Source of the DNA: Spironucleus salmonicida
Lineage: Eukaryota
Assembly: GCF_000497125.1 (NCBI RefSeq)
Contig: NC_090596.1
Location: 1,364,001 to 1,428,000 of the forward strand
Direction of reading: 5' to 3'
Length of the DNA: 64,000 nt
Shown here piece after piece: positions 1-14,800 of the stretch; the stretch's first letter is position 1, and every line of letters starts with the position of its first letter. A program made the position numbers and the translations under genes. Below the pieces are notes generated by a model. The model was not told the origin of the DNA. It made no database searches and was given only the letters and a program-made list of their open reading frames with translations.

Positions 1-2776
1 GAGCAGAGTAGTCAAGTTAGCATCGTACTGCATATCTAGCACATAACAAGCACGGCCAGGTTACGAGTCTAGTTTATGGTAGAGATAATGATAGAAGTGT
101 TTCAACAGATAAACATACATAGGAAACGAGCGTAAAACGGAACGATTAAGAAGGTCTATATTAATCGTCATGGATAGACCAAGAGGCAACAAAAGCCATA
201 GAGGCTAATGATATTTAGCCAGACTCTGATGAGAGAACTGCTTTAATTTGCTCTATGTAGAGATTATTGCTTTCGCATATTCCTGTTACTATAAAGAAGA
301 AATATGAAAGTGAAAACAAAATATAACGTTTTGATTCTGGGTCAATTTCTTGTGTTGTATTAAATATAGTAAGATCTGTAAAGAATTAACTAAAGATTTA
401 AATAAATTATGGAAGAATTTTATCAATTTTACTTTAACTAAATCGACTAACATATTTGTCCAATAAGCTCCCTAAAAGCATAAAACCGAAGCCTTTTGCA
501 ATAAGTTACTCATCTTATAATAAACGTACTCCTAGTTAATAAATTGAGCTTTCCTCTAGCGAATTTTAATTGATTAACTCAACGTGTCGGGGAATAACGT
601 GATAAATATAGCAAATTGATTCTGAGAATGTTTCCATATTAAAAATCTGGGAAAATCCTTTCAAACAATTGTCAAACAGATTAGGTTGCACGGTATCTGG
701 AACAAAATGTTTTCCATAAAATAAGTCCAGAACATTAAATACTGACTGAGCTAACTCGAAATCTACAGATAAAATAGACTCACATAAGTCTACGACTGTT
801 GTCTCGAAACTGGAATAAATATCTGGTAATGAATCTATGCATAAGCTTAAAATATTAAAAGCGTTCTCAATTAGTCCACGGAACTGAGCACCTTTTTAAA
901 TTAATTATGGCAATTGTTAAAATTCAGTTTAGCTGCTCAAAAATTAGCTTAAAAATGTATTTGAAACGTCTGCAGGGACATATTATAAAGCTATTTTTGT
1001 GAAAGTAACCATACCACCAGACTGTGCTTTATCTTCAGTTTTAAGCATTATTAAAATCGATTTAGCGAGTAAATCGCAAATTCTTAAATTCGGCAAAAAT
1101 CCTTATCTAACTGGCCTAGATAATATACCGCTCAGCATTCTACATTAAAAGAGTCCGGGCGAATCGGAAACATAAATTTAACACATAATATCAATTATAT
1201 ATGGGACAGAATCCTAAGTTGAATCTTCTGAGATCTACCAAGCTTGATCGAAAGTAGCCCCTTAAATATATTGAAAAGTGTTGTAGTTATCATAGTCATC
1301 AATGCATACAGAAATCAGGAGCTTTGCTGCCTCTTCAAATACGATTGGGTGTAATAATTACTGTTTTTCAAGGCTTCTTAAACAAATTTTAACTTTATGA
1401 GATACTGGTGCATTGGGTAATCCACGTCTAATAAGTAGTACACCAACAAAAATTTTAGCTTATTTTTCTTGGTCTTAAAAGTCTTCATTAGAAAGTTTAT
1501 TGGACAGAAAGTCGTTCATAGATTCAATGGCTAACTATTCTAATCCAGAGTTGATATTAGAATCAATTATACAAATTAATCTAACTAAATCAATGCTAGG
1601 TTTTAAACAGTCTATAACTAGCAAATCATCATTTTCAAACCTGTCCATTCTGACGTTTGCAGCGTTAATGATCATTCCAAAGACACTATTGACAATTTTT
1701 TGAGCGTTTTTCATAATATAATCAGATGCATATGGATGTACAAATTAACCACTATATTATTATTCTAGCAAACTTCCAGCCACCATAAAAACACTTTCCA
1801 GTGATTTGTGATCCTAAAATAAATTAAAATTAGGGCATAGATCAAGTTCACGAACAATAATTTCTGCAATGTAAACTTATTTTTATTCCCACTGTTCTAA
1901 AAATTAATTGCAATCTGGAATTCGAGAAATTTTACTGTTCACATATCTAGCTCTAGAAATATATTTCATAAGGATTTAGCAGGCATATTCTTTAGCATCT
2001 TGAAGCTAAATTGACTAGCTTGCTAAACCAAAATTATTCAGTAATTGGGAGATAATATCAGGAATGTCAGCATAATCAGGATTTGTGAAGATGTCCTTGA
2101 GTGGTCTAGGATCTAAAAGGGCAAAAACAGATTAAATTGCCTAATTTATAAAAGATGGAGAAGCAAATGAGCAAACCTTATCTTCTAAAGAAACTAAATA
2201 CTAAATTAAATTTTTCAGACAATTTAGGTAAAAATAATTACAAGCTTGATCTCTAGGCCCAGAATAAATTTCTTAATATAATAGTCGCGAATATATTACA
2301 AAACATCTAAGAGCGACCTCTGTCTTTGTAACATTTTGATTGTCAACGGCTTGAAATATGCTCCCAAAGATACTCTCAAAAAGCTGCCCAGCTTCCATAC
2401 CATACATTGAAGCCTTATGGACATATTATTCGAAACATAATTTAAATGAATCGATCAATGGATTTGTAATTCTAGCATCATTTAAAATTGCCACACCTGC
2501 AGTAGCAGGAACAATAGTTGTTAAGAGATATGTTAATTCATTCTAACTAAGTACGTTGATATTATTATCCAAACATCTCATAAATTGAACTGCAGTAGCT
2601 AATCTAACTGAATTTTCAACAGTTATTGATAAATCACATGAAACCTGCAATGCAATAGGTAGAAATTCATTATAAGCTCTTTAGAACCTCATAATCTATT
2701 CCGATGCAGCCATAATTAAGCCTTAATCGGATGAAATCGAGTTATTGAATGCTACTAAAACATCTTCCAAGTTCAT
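1..2776 (-). CDS. Importin-beta family HEAT-repeat protein (importin-7/8/Cse1-like), 3' end runs off the window
   Basis: Table-6 ORF from ATG at 2776: MNLEDVLVAFNNSISSDQGLIMAASEQI...VRLATAVQF, resembling an importin N-terminal domain. Helical, more than 920 aa; the segments checked are open to base 1. Confidence 0.65.
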
Positions 2777-2879
2777 TTTAAAATTTAAAGTGGAGTGAAG
2801 TCTTAATATTATTATATAATATTCCAGTTATGATGTTTTAAAAGTCTATAAATAATGATCTAAATTAGCTTTCAAATTA

Positions 2880-5504
2880 TCACTCTGCCTCTGGCTCTTA
2901 TTACTCTTCAGCGGCAGCAGCTTCCTCAGCTGCCTTTTTAGCAGCCTCAATCCTCTTAATTTTATCCTAAATGACTTCCCACTCTTCTCTTTAATGAACA
3001 GGGTCCACTTCGCATTCTTCCATTATATCAAATGGAGGCATGCACATTTCAGGTATCTAAAAGTCCTGCATTTCCAGCTATTAGCTTCCAAGACCATCAC
3101 CAAAGTAAACAAATTAGCATCTTTACATTCTAGCCCCAGTCACGACATTTGCAGCTCCTGGCCATCTTGCATTTGTTGCGATAATTGCCTTAGGACCCTT
3201 ACCAATTCCTTATAAATCAATCTAATTGAATCTCCACAGTGGGATTTTGCTCTTAACACTACCATTTACTTCAATATTTAAAATATTAGCATTATAGCCC
3301 TCGTCGACGTGATATTTACATTTTTACTTAAAATCTACTCTTGTGCGATCTAATTAGCCCTCTTCGATGAATAATTCAGGAAGTGCAGCATTTATTCTGT
3401 TGTCTAAAATAGGAACATCCCATGGATCAACTGGACGTTTAAATTCACGTAATTTACGCCACAAACGAACTGCGTAATATTTGCTTATTTCCTCGTAGTT
3501 TGGAGAGCTGTCGATATCGAATTTGTCAGGTTTTGCTGAGTCGTCGAAATCATCAACTTGAACGTTAATTTCGTCGTCCGATGCCTCATTTCCGACAATT
3601 TCATCCTCCTGCTGAGTCCAAACTTCCTGCTGTTATTCAAGCCACTGTGCAAACTTTTTCTTCTTCATAATTTGCTTTTTCTCTTCTATTTCAGTTTCGC
3701 GCAACTTCATTCGAATTTGTTTTTTCTGCTCTCTAGCATCTTTTCTACGCTGCTTTTGAAGTTTTGCAATCAGAAACTCAACTGGTTCTGGGTCGTCAAT
3801 GTTGTCATAATCGTCGTCATTGACAGGAGCTGCACGGCCTTAGCCAGTGATTCTTGGAAGCAAATAAGACCAATTTTTGGGGTTTAGAAGGAGTTCTGGG
3901 GATTCGTATCCTTTGAATTCTTCGTTGAGCTCGGGGAAATTAGCTTCCAGCTCAAGTTTGTCTTCGTCTTCGTTGTAGGTCCAAAGGTCTGGATGCTTCA
4001 GCATTATTTCATAAATTCGTGAGTTTTAGAACTTTGCCATGAGTGCATATCGTTTCTGAACTCTTTGTTATTCTAATTGCTCTAAGTCCTCGATTTTTGG
4101 TTTGATTTCTTCGTCTTCTTCGTCTTCTTCTTTGGTATAAAGGCCTTTGGGGACAATACAGTTTTCATGAAGAATTCTGGCGCAAGCACAGCGTAAAAGA
4201 ACAGATTCAGAATAAGGGAAAGGAGGAATTGATGAGATAACATCAGCGGTTAAATCGCCGGTAAATCTTACTGTTTGAGCAGGCATTTACATGAAGACGC
4301 GCATTTATTCTGGGGTAATTTCAGGTAGGGCAATAAATCTCAAAGGTTCTGAGAGGAGCTTTTAAATAATTTTATTTAATTTTGATTTTTACTGTTTTAA
4401 TTTCTTTTCATGACGATACTTTTAAAGTTCTAATTCTTTCTATAATTTAACGTATAGCTAGGTCATATATGGGGAGATATTATCATCAATAGCAGCAAAG
4501 AATAATTCTTTGTTGATACCTTCGTGCTCTTCAATTGGGAGTTTTTAAATCTTTTTCTTAGGATACACTTCACCACCAAAAACTGGTATTTTCTTAGGTA
4601 TCTTAGTTTCTGGTTGGAATTCATCTTCTAATGAAACCTCTGACTTAATTTCATCCTTTTCTTCTTCAGGTTCTTCTTCATCAGCTTGTTCAGGTTCGGC
4701 TGGGGCTTCACCTTCAGCAGGTTCTTTCTCATCATCTTCCTCTTCATTTTCCTATTTTTACTCTTCCCCTTCAATTTTTTCACCATCTTCGTTAAGCTCG
4801 CCTTCTTAATCACCTTCTGCACCCTCAGGCTTGTCCGCAGCTGCTTCGGCTTCAATTTCAGCCTCAATCTCTTTCCACTAATCCCTAAGACCAATTAATT
4901 CTTCGTCCTTCTCAGATTAATCTTCAGCATTTTCTTCGCCTTTTTCTGCTTCTTCCTCTTCTTCAGCTTCCTTTTCTTCTTCTTCAGGCTCAGGATATGT
5001 TTCTGTTTCAGAACGTAGTAACCAATAAGGGCCAACCTTACCAAAAAGTTTAATCTTGTCGCTAGTACGTTCTTCTCTTTTTGCTAAATCATATATTGCA
5101 GTTTATAATTTGAAAGCATCAATCTAAGAGAATGGAATTCCCGAATTCAGCAAGACTCTGGATAATTGTGGCAAGTCCTCTGCCTCAACACCTTCTTCTG
5201 GTTCACCTTCCTCTGCTTCTTCATCATTTTCAGGCTCTGCCTCCTTTTCTTCCTCTTCAGCTTCTGGGTTAAACACAATTGGCTTCTTAAACTGTTAAAA
5301 TGCAAATCCAGCTCTAATCTTTTCCTCTTCGGTAGGTTCACGGCAAGTTTGCTATTCACCTAAAGATAATTGAGAAACCAATTCTTCAAATTCTGAATAA
5401 ACACGGCATTATGGTGGTCGTTCCATGAATAATTTCAATAGAAGGTCAGATATCTTATCATATGGTGATTCATTTTATGTATCTTTTTTCTATAGATAAT
5501 CCAT
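2880..5504 (-). CDS. Radial spoke head protein (RSPH4/6 family), 874 aa
   Basis: N-terminal YDKISDLLLKLFMERP; C-terminal NARWPGA and FVYFGDG match the radial-spoke-head SNLWPGA and YIGWG motifs; Glu-rich inserts. Confidence 0.85.
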
Positions 5505-5678
5505 ATTTTGCGGAATTGGAGAGAAATTATTTTATGATTATTATATTGTTTATGAAATGTATAATTTACATTTTATTTATATAATAAGAAATAGACTATA
5601 ATTTTATTAACATTATTGAATGATTAACTCTGAAAATAATATAGTATTAAAATATGAAAAATAGAATATGTTTCACTA

Positions 5679-8600
5679 TCACCAATGCATAATCTTATAG
5701 AATTTGCTTTGCTTTCCATATTTTCTCAATAGGAATTTTCTGCACTCATCATAAATGAACATGAGTACAGCAAATGGTAGACAATATGTCCATGCTAAAC
5801 CATCAACTGCTTTCGTACCAAAGGCAGTGTGACAGAATGGTACATAAGTAAAGAAGCAGCAAATAATAATCTAGAATAATAAACCTAACAGTAGCATAGG
5901 GTTACTGATAATACCTTAAGTGAACATAGAATTAATCCTAGTTCTTGAAATAATAGCATCAACAAACTACATGACAACAACAGAAACGAAAGAAGCAGTC
6001 TGACCTACTTCAAAGATGAATTTAGCAAGTCCAGCTTAATCGGTAACATTCTTAGGATAAGTGCCGTTGAAAGCACAGCTACTCTGTGCGTCAGTTAAAA
6101 GCTTCGTTAATGTAACTGATGGGAAATCATCATGGCTTAACGATACAAAAATATTTCCACTATACTTAGCACATGGATAATACTTAAATATTTCTCTTCT
6201 AACAGTTAGCATGAAAGTAGCAAGAAGAGCTAAAGCTTATAAACAACCGATTTAACCGTAAGCAAAGAAAACTAAATGACCGTCTAATAATCTATCCTTT
6301 TCTTTATTTCTAGGAGGTCTCTTCATGATATCACTTTCTGGCTTCTCATAACCAAGAGCAAAGGCAGGCCAAACATCAGTAACAACATCAATAAGGAGAA
6401 TTAAGATGGAAGACATAGCATTAGGGAATCCAAATATAACAAAAAGCAAGAATGGAGTAATCTAGGGAACGGCAGAAGTAATAGTGTATGACATGGCTTT
6501 CTTCAAATTTTCAAAAATAAGTCTACCTTCTTTGATACCATCAACGATTGTAGCAAAAGAGTCATTCATTAAAATAATATTACCAGCTTCTCTAGCAACC
6601 TCTGAACCAGACGCCATAGCGACACCAATATCAGCAGCCTTTAAAGCAGGAGCATCATTCAAACCATCACCAGAAACGGCAACAATTCTTCCAAGTGATT
6701 AATAGCATTGAGTAATAGTTAATTTTTATTCAGGAGTAGTACGAGCAAAAACAATCTATTAATACTACGATAACATATATTTGATCTATACGTTAGTCAA
6801 TACTTCTAAAACATTACCTGTCATAACAGCACCTTTAGCAGGAGATGAAGGAATAAATTCTTTTTACATTTAAGGAAGATACTTAATTTCTTTCTCAGAA
6901 ATAAGACGCGGATTCTTTTCAGCTTTTTTCTTGATACAAGTTTTAGCCTGCATATCTTCATCATCTAAATTTTATTCCTAGGCTTAGGCTTCAGAAAGTT
7001 CATTCGAAGTCTTTATTCTTAAAAGAACATTAGCATCAGTATAGTAGTCAATAGAATCATTAAGAATTCCAACTTCTTTAGCAATAGCAGTGGCAGTAAG
7101 ATGGTGATCACCAGTGATCATAGTAATGCCAATACTAGCTTCATAACACTCAGAGACAGATCTAGTAACATTTTCTTTGGGAGGATCAACTAAAGATACG
7201 AGACCAACGAAAACAAATTTCATATTCTTAACATCATCAGCATCTAAAGTGTATTCTTCGGTCTGAAGTTCTTCAATAGAATAAGCACATCCTAAAACAC
7301 GCTCGCCGAAAGAAGCAATTTCGTTATAAGCCTCTAAAGTAGTGTTCTTGTGATCGTCGGTGAAATCAACAACCTATCCGTCAATGAAAACTTTATCACA
7401 AATGTCCATAATACGTTCTGGGGCACCCTTCAGAGTGATAAGTGCTTTCTTGTCTTCAGTTTCATGGATAGAAAGTTAAAATTTGTACACAGAGGAGAAT
7501 GGAATTTCGTACTTCTTAGGATATTAATCTCTGTAAGTCAAAATAGGGTACTTATCATTTTTGATACTTTCTTAATTTTAAGTTAACCAGCTGTTCATAA
7601 ATCTCATGATACCCTATTCAGAAGCATCACCCATAAGTCTAACCTTGAGATTATTGGTCTCCTAATCAGTTTAATCCATATCACATTTACTATTAAGAGA
7701 TAATACTTTAATAAACTCCAATGGCAATTCAGTACCAAAAAGGAAACTTCCCATTGCATGTTAAATTTAATGTTTAACAACCTTATTATTGCAAAAGGTA
7801 TGAGATGCAGTCATTTAGTTCATAGTAATAGTACCTGTCTTATCAGAGCAAATAACTGAGATCGAACCTAAGGTTTCAACAGATTTTAATTCTTTAACAA
7901 GCACTTTTTATTGAGATAGGCGCTTAGCAGCTAGTGCTAATGCAACAGTAATAGTTAATGAAAGTCCTTCAGGAACATTGGCTACAATAATACCAACGCC
8001 GAATACGAATGCATCAATAGGTGGGATCTTAAGTGCAATACCTAAACCGAAAAAGATAATACCAAGAGAAATAGCAAGAATCGAGATATACTTAACAAAA
8101 CGTTATACTTCAATTTAAATAGGAGTAGGTGGTTGTTTTGTAGAAGTAACATTTTTAGCTTGTTAACCAATAACAGTATTATCACCAGTAAATATTACAA
8201 TACCAATACCGTCACCTTACATAATGTTAGAGGTAAAATAAATAATGTTAGCAGATCGAAGAATATTGGTCTCAGTATTTTCTATTTTACGTGCAGCTGG
8301 CTCTGATTCTCCATTAAATGAGGATAAATCAATCTTCAACTGATTTTAAGAAAGCAATCTAAGATCAGCAGGACATTTCTAACCAACTTTGATTTTTACA
8401 ATATCACCAACAATTAACGTATCAGTGGCAACGGTTTTAATAATACCATCTTCAAATACTAAACATTCCTGGGGGATTAAAGATTTGAAACCTTTCATAA
8501 TCGAATTACTCTTAGATTCCTAGAAAAAGGTTAATAAGCCTGAGAAAACATTAACGAATGCTAAAGCAATACCCAACCATAAATTATGTACTTCGCCGTG

Positions 8601-8987
8601 ACCTTAGGATATGGTTACACCATACATGGCAAAAGAGACGATAGCAGCTACCCAAAGAAGAATAGCAAATAGATCAGCTTAAGTCAAAAGAAGTCTAATG
8701 ATAGGATTGGTTCCTTTTGTTTCGGTTAAAGTGTTCAAACCATCACGACTAAGGCGCAGTTTACGCTCATTTGAAGTTAAACCCTTTACCAAATCAGTAT
8801 CTAGTTCTACCTAGAGTTTATCTAATGGCATAAGATGTAACTCTGTGCCTAATAAAACTCTAGCTTCTTCTTGAACTTCATCCATATCAATTGACTTTCT
8901 TTTCTAAGCAGTATCAATTTCCATAGATATCCTAGAAACATTAGTAGCAATTTATATTGACAAAGGATCAGGATTATCTGGGTTCAT
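5679..8987 (-). CDS. P-type ATPase IIC (Na+/K+-ATPase alpha-like), 1102 aa
   Basis: Motifs [43 protein letters not shown] and [27 protein letters not shown]. Confidence 0.95.
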
Positions 8988-9436
8988 TTTGATAGGAGTG
9001 GTTATTGTGAAGATTGGAAAAGATCGAGAAAGATTAAAAAACTTATAGGTTATATAGTATTTCTTAGAGATTATGCCTATTTATAAATTGTGGTTTATAC
9101 CGAAATAGTACTTATATATAAGCCCAATTATTAATAATATTCACGTAATTTAGTATAAATGTTTCAAAATGTAAAATCAGCTTCAACTAAATTATTAATT
9201 TAAAACATACATAATATAAAAATAGTAATAATGTATATAAAGATATTAACTATTATATTTGAAAATAGTATAGTGGACATTTTGCATATATATATTTTTC
9301 AACTCTACATTATCACATTACTGTTTTCCAAACTTAGTTCCTTAAATTTTAACACCTTATAAATTATTTTTTAACCACCAATTTGGCTACAGGGCTGCGA
9401 TCCCAATAAATTCTAATATCAACGTGAGTTTCACCA

Positions 9437-10735
9437 TCACTACACTTCGCCTATCTACGCCAAGCAGATCTCGATCTCCTTTTTCAGCCCAAGCCCAGAA
9501 TTCACATCAACTTCGTTATAGCCCTTGTTCAGCAGCAAGCATACGGCCTACCAAGTTACTAAAGCATCGTCTAAATTACAGTAATCCAAAAACAAACCCA
9601 TCCTGTCATCACAAACCTCATTATATTAGTCCCAAAATGCCTATTTTTCTAATTTTTCCCTGAAAATACTCTTAACCTACTCCTAGCACCTGAAAATCAA
9701 AATCTGTACCTGCCCGCTGCGTCTAATCATCTCCCTTCCGTCCTGGTAGCTAATGAACTCCTTACAATTTTCCACTTCTTTTACTTCACAGCTTCTGCAA
9801 AAAGCCTAGCAACAGCACGCCGGCAGGTAGTCCTAAAAAGCGCTCCCACAAACGTCGCACTCAAAAATTTTGAGCTCTTGGACTTCGCCTTTGCTGCGCG
9901 TTATGAGAACACTCAAAAACGCTTCATTTTGAATGTTTTCGCTGCCTTTTACGAACAGAAGCTCTTTGCTGCACAGCGGGCACTTGTCCCCAACCTGCTT
10001 CCAGCACCACTAGTGCATGTAATGCCTGCACTTGAAAACGGTCTTAAAGTTGACGATTTGGTCGAATTCACCGTGGCAAACGCAGCACAAATCCTCCTCC
10101 TAAATGATGCAATTGTGCGACTGATAAAAATCAATTTCGATGTCTTTCAGGCACTTTTCGCAAAATATAAATTCGTTTTCCACTCCTTTTACGCATTTAC
10201 CACTCCTTTTAGAGTGAAAAATTCGAAATTCATCCGTATTATCAATGAAAATCATGCATTCCAGGCATGCAAAATTGCCAAATTTTTGCTTGCAATTTAC
10301 GCACGATTTAGAGGGTTTCTGCACCGTTTTGCAGGTCTCACAGCGGATCAAATCGCAGTCAAACTCGATGCAGGGGGTCTCGTCATGACAGTAAATACAG
10401 GGGTGGAACGACTCGCAAGTATTGCATTTAAGCGATGTGTGCGAGATGAAATGAGGGCAATTTGAGTCAATATGATGCTTTTGAATTGTGGCGTAAACGA
10501 TGTTTGAGGAATGGAATTTTCCTATAGATTACGATTTCTAGGTGAATGTATCTTTTTTAAAATTTTTGATCATTTGTGGAAGCGATATTTTTTAGTTGAA
10601 ATAATGAAAAGGAAATAGTGGAAGTTAGTTCTAAATGTTAACATTAGATTGTTCATCATCTGTAGTGAACATGTATGGGAAGGTTCCTAATTTTTGCTAG
10701 TCGCAGTGTAGCTACGCTGTGAATCTGTAGGGCAT
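9437..10735 (-). CDS. CHY zinc finger / RING protein (RCHY1/Pirh2-like), 432 aa
   Basis: CPHF...KCNTCESFHPCIYCHDE...CETCKTVQ...CVNC (CHY); CCVC...CRHYMHQWCW...CPLC (RING-H2); further CxxC pairs downstream. Confidence 0.85.
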
Positions 10736-11219
10736 TCTAACAAAAATTAATAAATTAGTTAAAACTATATAATAATAGATATAATATTACTACAAATAAT
10801 TTTGCTTTTAAAAGTATATTTTGACAATATTATTGAAAATATTAATGGATGCTAAGCTTATGTTATTATAAGCAGTTGCTACTAAAGTTAGTTAATATTA
10901 ATTTTTTAGAAATTGGCTAATATTATAGTGATTATACAACATATTACAGCAGTATATGAAAATAACACTGTTGTGTATTGTTATTTGGTATTTACTGACT
11001 AATACCATAATCTGGTTTATGTGCAACAGTTTAGGTTGTATTAATCGTATTTTTAATATATTTTCAAACTGTAGAATTTTTTCATATAGTCATAAAATAA
11101 TGATGTATATTACGATAATATTAAAATTTATATATAAATATTGTTATATTGTTAAGAATAATTTTTATTTATTAATAATGTATTTGCTTGTTGTAATACA
11201 TAATATTAAAGTACAATAT

Positions 11220-11759
11220 TCAGATAATTTTTCTTAAATCTTCCTACCTTTAACTCTAAGCCTCATTCACTATCAACTAAAACAAGTTTCCAATTAACTT
11301 ACCAGCTTCAACACCATAGCCAAAGCCTTTTCCTACCACTTAGCTAAAAATTGTTTACTAAAGTTGCTAAGAAACATGATTTTAAAAATTTCCGCTAAAT
11401 AATGCAGATATAGTAGAAAATTTATTGGAAAATAAAGAAGATATTATTCGACTTTTTAAATCTTAATGTGAAAACTCATAAGCGTTTGTTGTGGAAAGAT
11501 AAGCAAAATCTGAAATAAGTTAGGGAACAAATGATCCTGATGATATTGCTCCTCTAAATGCTTTATATGATATTTATGGTGAAGAAGCAGCTACAGTTTT
11601 AAGAAAAGAATCAATATACTGATGAGACCAAAGTGCGATAGGAATATTAGAATGTGTAAGTGATAAAGCACCTGCTACTCTTTAATGTGAAGGCGATAGC
11701 TTAGATAATGCTTCAGAAACGTCATCTTCGTCTAAAAATATTTAAGGCAAGTTACCCAT
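11220..11759 (-). CDS. Hypothetical protein, 179 aa
   Basis: Table-6 ORF MGNLPQIFLDEDDVSEALSK...EDLRKII*; the antisense frame contains TGA stops. Confidence 0.6.
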
Positions 11760-11829
11760 TTCTTTTTGTATACCAGTTAAGTATTATCATTATAATATAT
11801 AGTAAACATAAAATTTCACTTCTTAAAAT

Positions 11830-14800
11830 ATGAAATTCTAAGAATTATCCCCAAGTAGCTTATCATCAAAGCTTATTGAATTGCTTAAAAAGTAGCCACC
11901 AGCAGCACCAAGTATGTAATAACCATCTAGTTTTGGCGGCATATAATCTTCTTAGTAATAAACTCCTCCACTTTTGGCATTTATTTCAATTTCGTCGGAA
12001 ATTTTATAATTAATTTCTGTAGCGTTGAATAATAATACGTATAAATAAGAAATGCATAAGCATCTATCTACAGTTAAGTTTGAATAGAGTTTTCCGTTTC
12101 TTACATTAAAATCTATTGCAACATAATAAACCCTTGAAAAGCAGTAAATTGAAGTATTAACTTCGAAATATCTCGTTTTTTTAGTAGAACTTATAATATG
12201 GTGTGAAGCTTCTGTTGTTGAATTTTAATCTACACTGCTTAACTTTTTAAATTAGGCATAGAATCTTAACCAAAATTCAACTCTAAATTTCTGTAAATGT
12301 ATAGCAATATCATCAGTCTAAAAAATAAATCCTGCATTAACTAAATTTCTTATCTCAGTTCCAGTGCTAGAATTTTCTCACTCTACTAATAGGAACGAAA
12401 TTATGAATTCAATCTAAAATTAGTAATTAATTGTTCATTTTTCAAAGATAAAGCAAGAATTTTTTAAACGTTTTTAATCTTTAAAAGATTAAAATTAAAT
12501 TTAAAAAACTAAAATATAGTAGGTGGTTTAATGTCCATTTGGTGAATACGAAAGAGAGAACAATACAGATGAAAGCGCCAAAAAGATGAAAATCTAACCT
12601 CAAGTTTACGTTTAAATGGTTGATGGTATCAACAATATATTAATGACTATTAGATAAGAAGTCTGTAACTAATTCAGCGACAAAGCGATTTAAATAAATT
12701 TCTCTTAGTATAATTTAGATTGGCTCGACACCTAAGAATTTGATTTAGAAATGTAAATATTCTATTTGGTACAAGTAATTAATAATCTCAGAATGATAAA
12801 AAATGACTATTATATAAATAGTTATCAAGATAGCATCATAGACGAATCACCATATGAGATATTATACGCAAAATAATATGAAGTAAATGAATAATTTATT
12901 AGAACAGTTACTGATATTTTACTCAAACTGGTAGTTTAAATAGACCACTCTAGCGAAAAATTAAATAAATATTATGAAAATATAATTTACTCTATTATAG
13001 ATAGCAATAACTTTGACAAAAATACAAATATTGTAAAAAGAAATGGCTAAAATATTAACTTAGATACATAGCTTTTATCAATAATTAAGGTTGTTTAGAC
13101 AATTTAAGATATGAAATTATTTTTGACGTCAACTCTTTCTAGTATTGATTTTACCACCTAATATTCTTCTAATTAAACAGTGTTATAACTTATATTATAA
13201 TAATCAGTCAATACTTATGATTTTAATGATGCTTTTGGATTAGATATATTACAGCTTTTATCAATAGCATAAAATCATAATATAGAATAAACTAGGAGTT
13301 TTATGTCAAATAGTAGAACTCTTAAGTTATAAACAATTGAAAGCTATATTCAAAATTTATAATAAAATTATTTTAATTTCCATAATTAATTTTAAGGGAA
13401 AATATATGAATAAATGAACACGCTTTATAAAAATATTTCAACTGGAAATAAAGAAATTTGTCTTGTTGATACAATATTGGGTGAATAGACACCTGCTTAG
13501 GTATTTAAAGGACTTACTGATATTCTGACTAAAGTTGTTTATGATTCACCATTAAATAATGTTACACTAACATTTGATAATGCATTTGACTAAGTATATT
13601 TAGCATATTTAAGTAATCCTAAATATTTTATTACTAGAGCATTAATTTAAATTAATACATTCATAAACCAGGTTTCAAATGCTACTATTGAAGAGATTTT
13701 AATAACCAATAGTGTTCATTTATACAATTACAGTAACTCTTAAAAATTAGAATAGATTATTATTTAAGCACACATTTTGTGGCTGGAAATTTTATGCTCC
13801 CCTGTCATTGATTTTACTATTATTGAGTAATTTATTTCTATAGCAAATCGATTCAAAGAAGTTGCAAATAATAACTATTAACAATAACTATTTGTGTATC
13901 GATAAATCTTTAATAAATTTTAAATGCTTATGGTTAATAATAAAATTACTGCTACTGCATTACTTAGTATTTTTACAGACCTGGATTAATTATTTTATCA
14001 ACCTTCAATGTAATAATTTTATTCCAATTTCTTAAAAATATTTAACTATGATCTTGACAATGCATTTAATGTACTAAAGGTTATTAATGATACATCATAT
14101 TAGTATTATAATTAGCTGTATATTTATCTGTAACAAATAACATCTAAGTCCCAAAATATAGAGATTATTTTTAATATACTTAAGAATAATGCAACACCCT
14201 CTATCTAATAATTTCTTTCAATTCAAATAGCAAATTGCTTTAATTTATTATAAAAATAAGACTTGGAACCACTACTTTCTTAAAATATCTTGAAATTTGT
14301 AATAACAATCATGACAAATTATAAAATGAACCCATTTGCATAATTTGATTCGTAAATTATATATGATGTATTTTAATCTATTTTTGATGGTAGCTTAGAA
14401 TTTGCATACTAGATACTCTTTAATATTCAAAATGATATGACTATCTATCTTCTTTCTTTCTTTTTTATTGTTCTTTTGGAGCAATTCATTGAAATAGACT
14501 TTAACAGTAATACAATTGTATATGCATATTAATTGATAACTATGGCATTTAAATAAATTATCTAGAAGCCCTTCAAGGCATCTTTAGTTTATGATTTAGA
14601 ATAGAAATTCGTATTAATTTTGCATAAAATTAAAAAAAATATTAAAACACAGAAATATGAAAAAGCCAACTAGGAAGAGTTCAATACTACTATTTAAACA
14701 GTTAGCGAGGTTATAAATAAACAAATTTCTCCATTGGCATTATTGAGTTAATTATTTGAAATTAAAATGCTTTGTTTTTATCATTATTCAGAGACTGTTA

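Noticed and set aside
9878-10465. 195-aa + strand ORF in the track
   Set aside because: Antisense shadow of the CHY/RING gene, which has clear motifs on the - strand.
11788-12440. Minus-strand frame with in-frame TGA codons (possible readthrough or selenocysteine)
   Set aside because: The + strand frame from 11830 is the open one; the TGAs belong to the antisense shadow.
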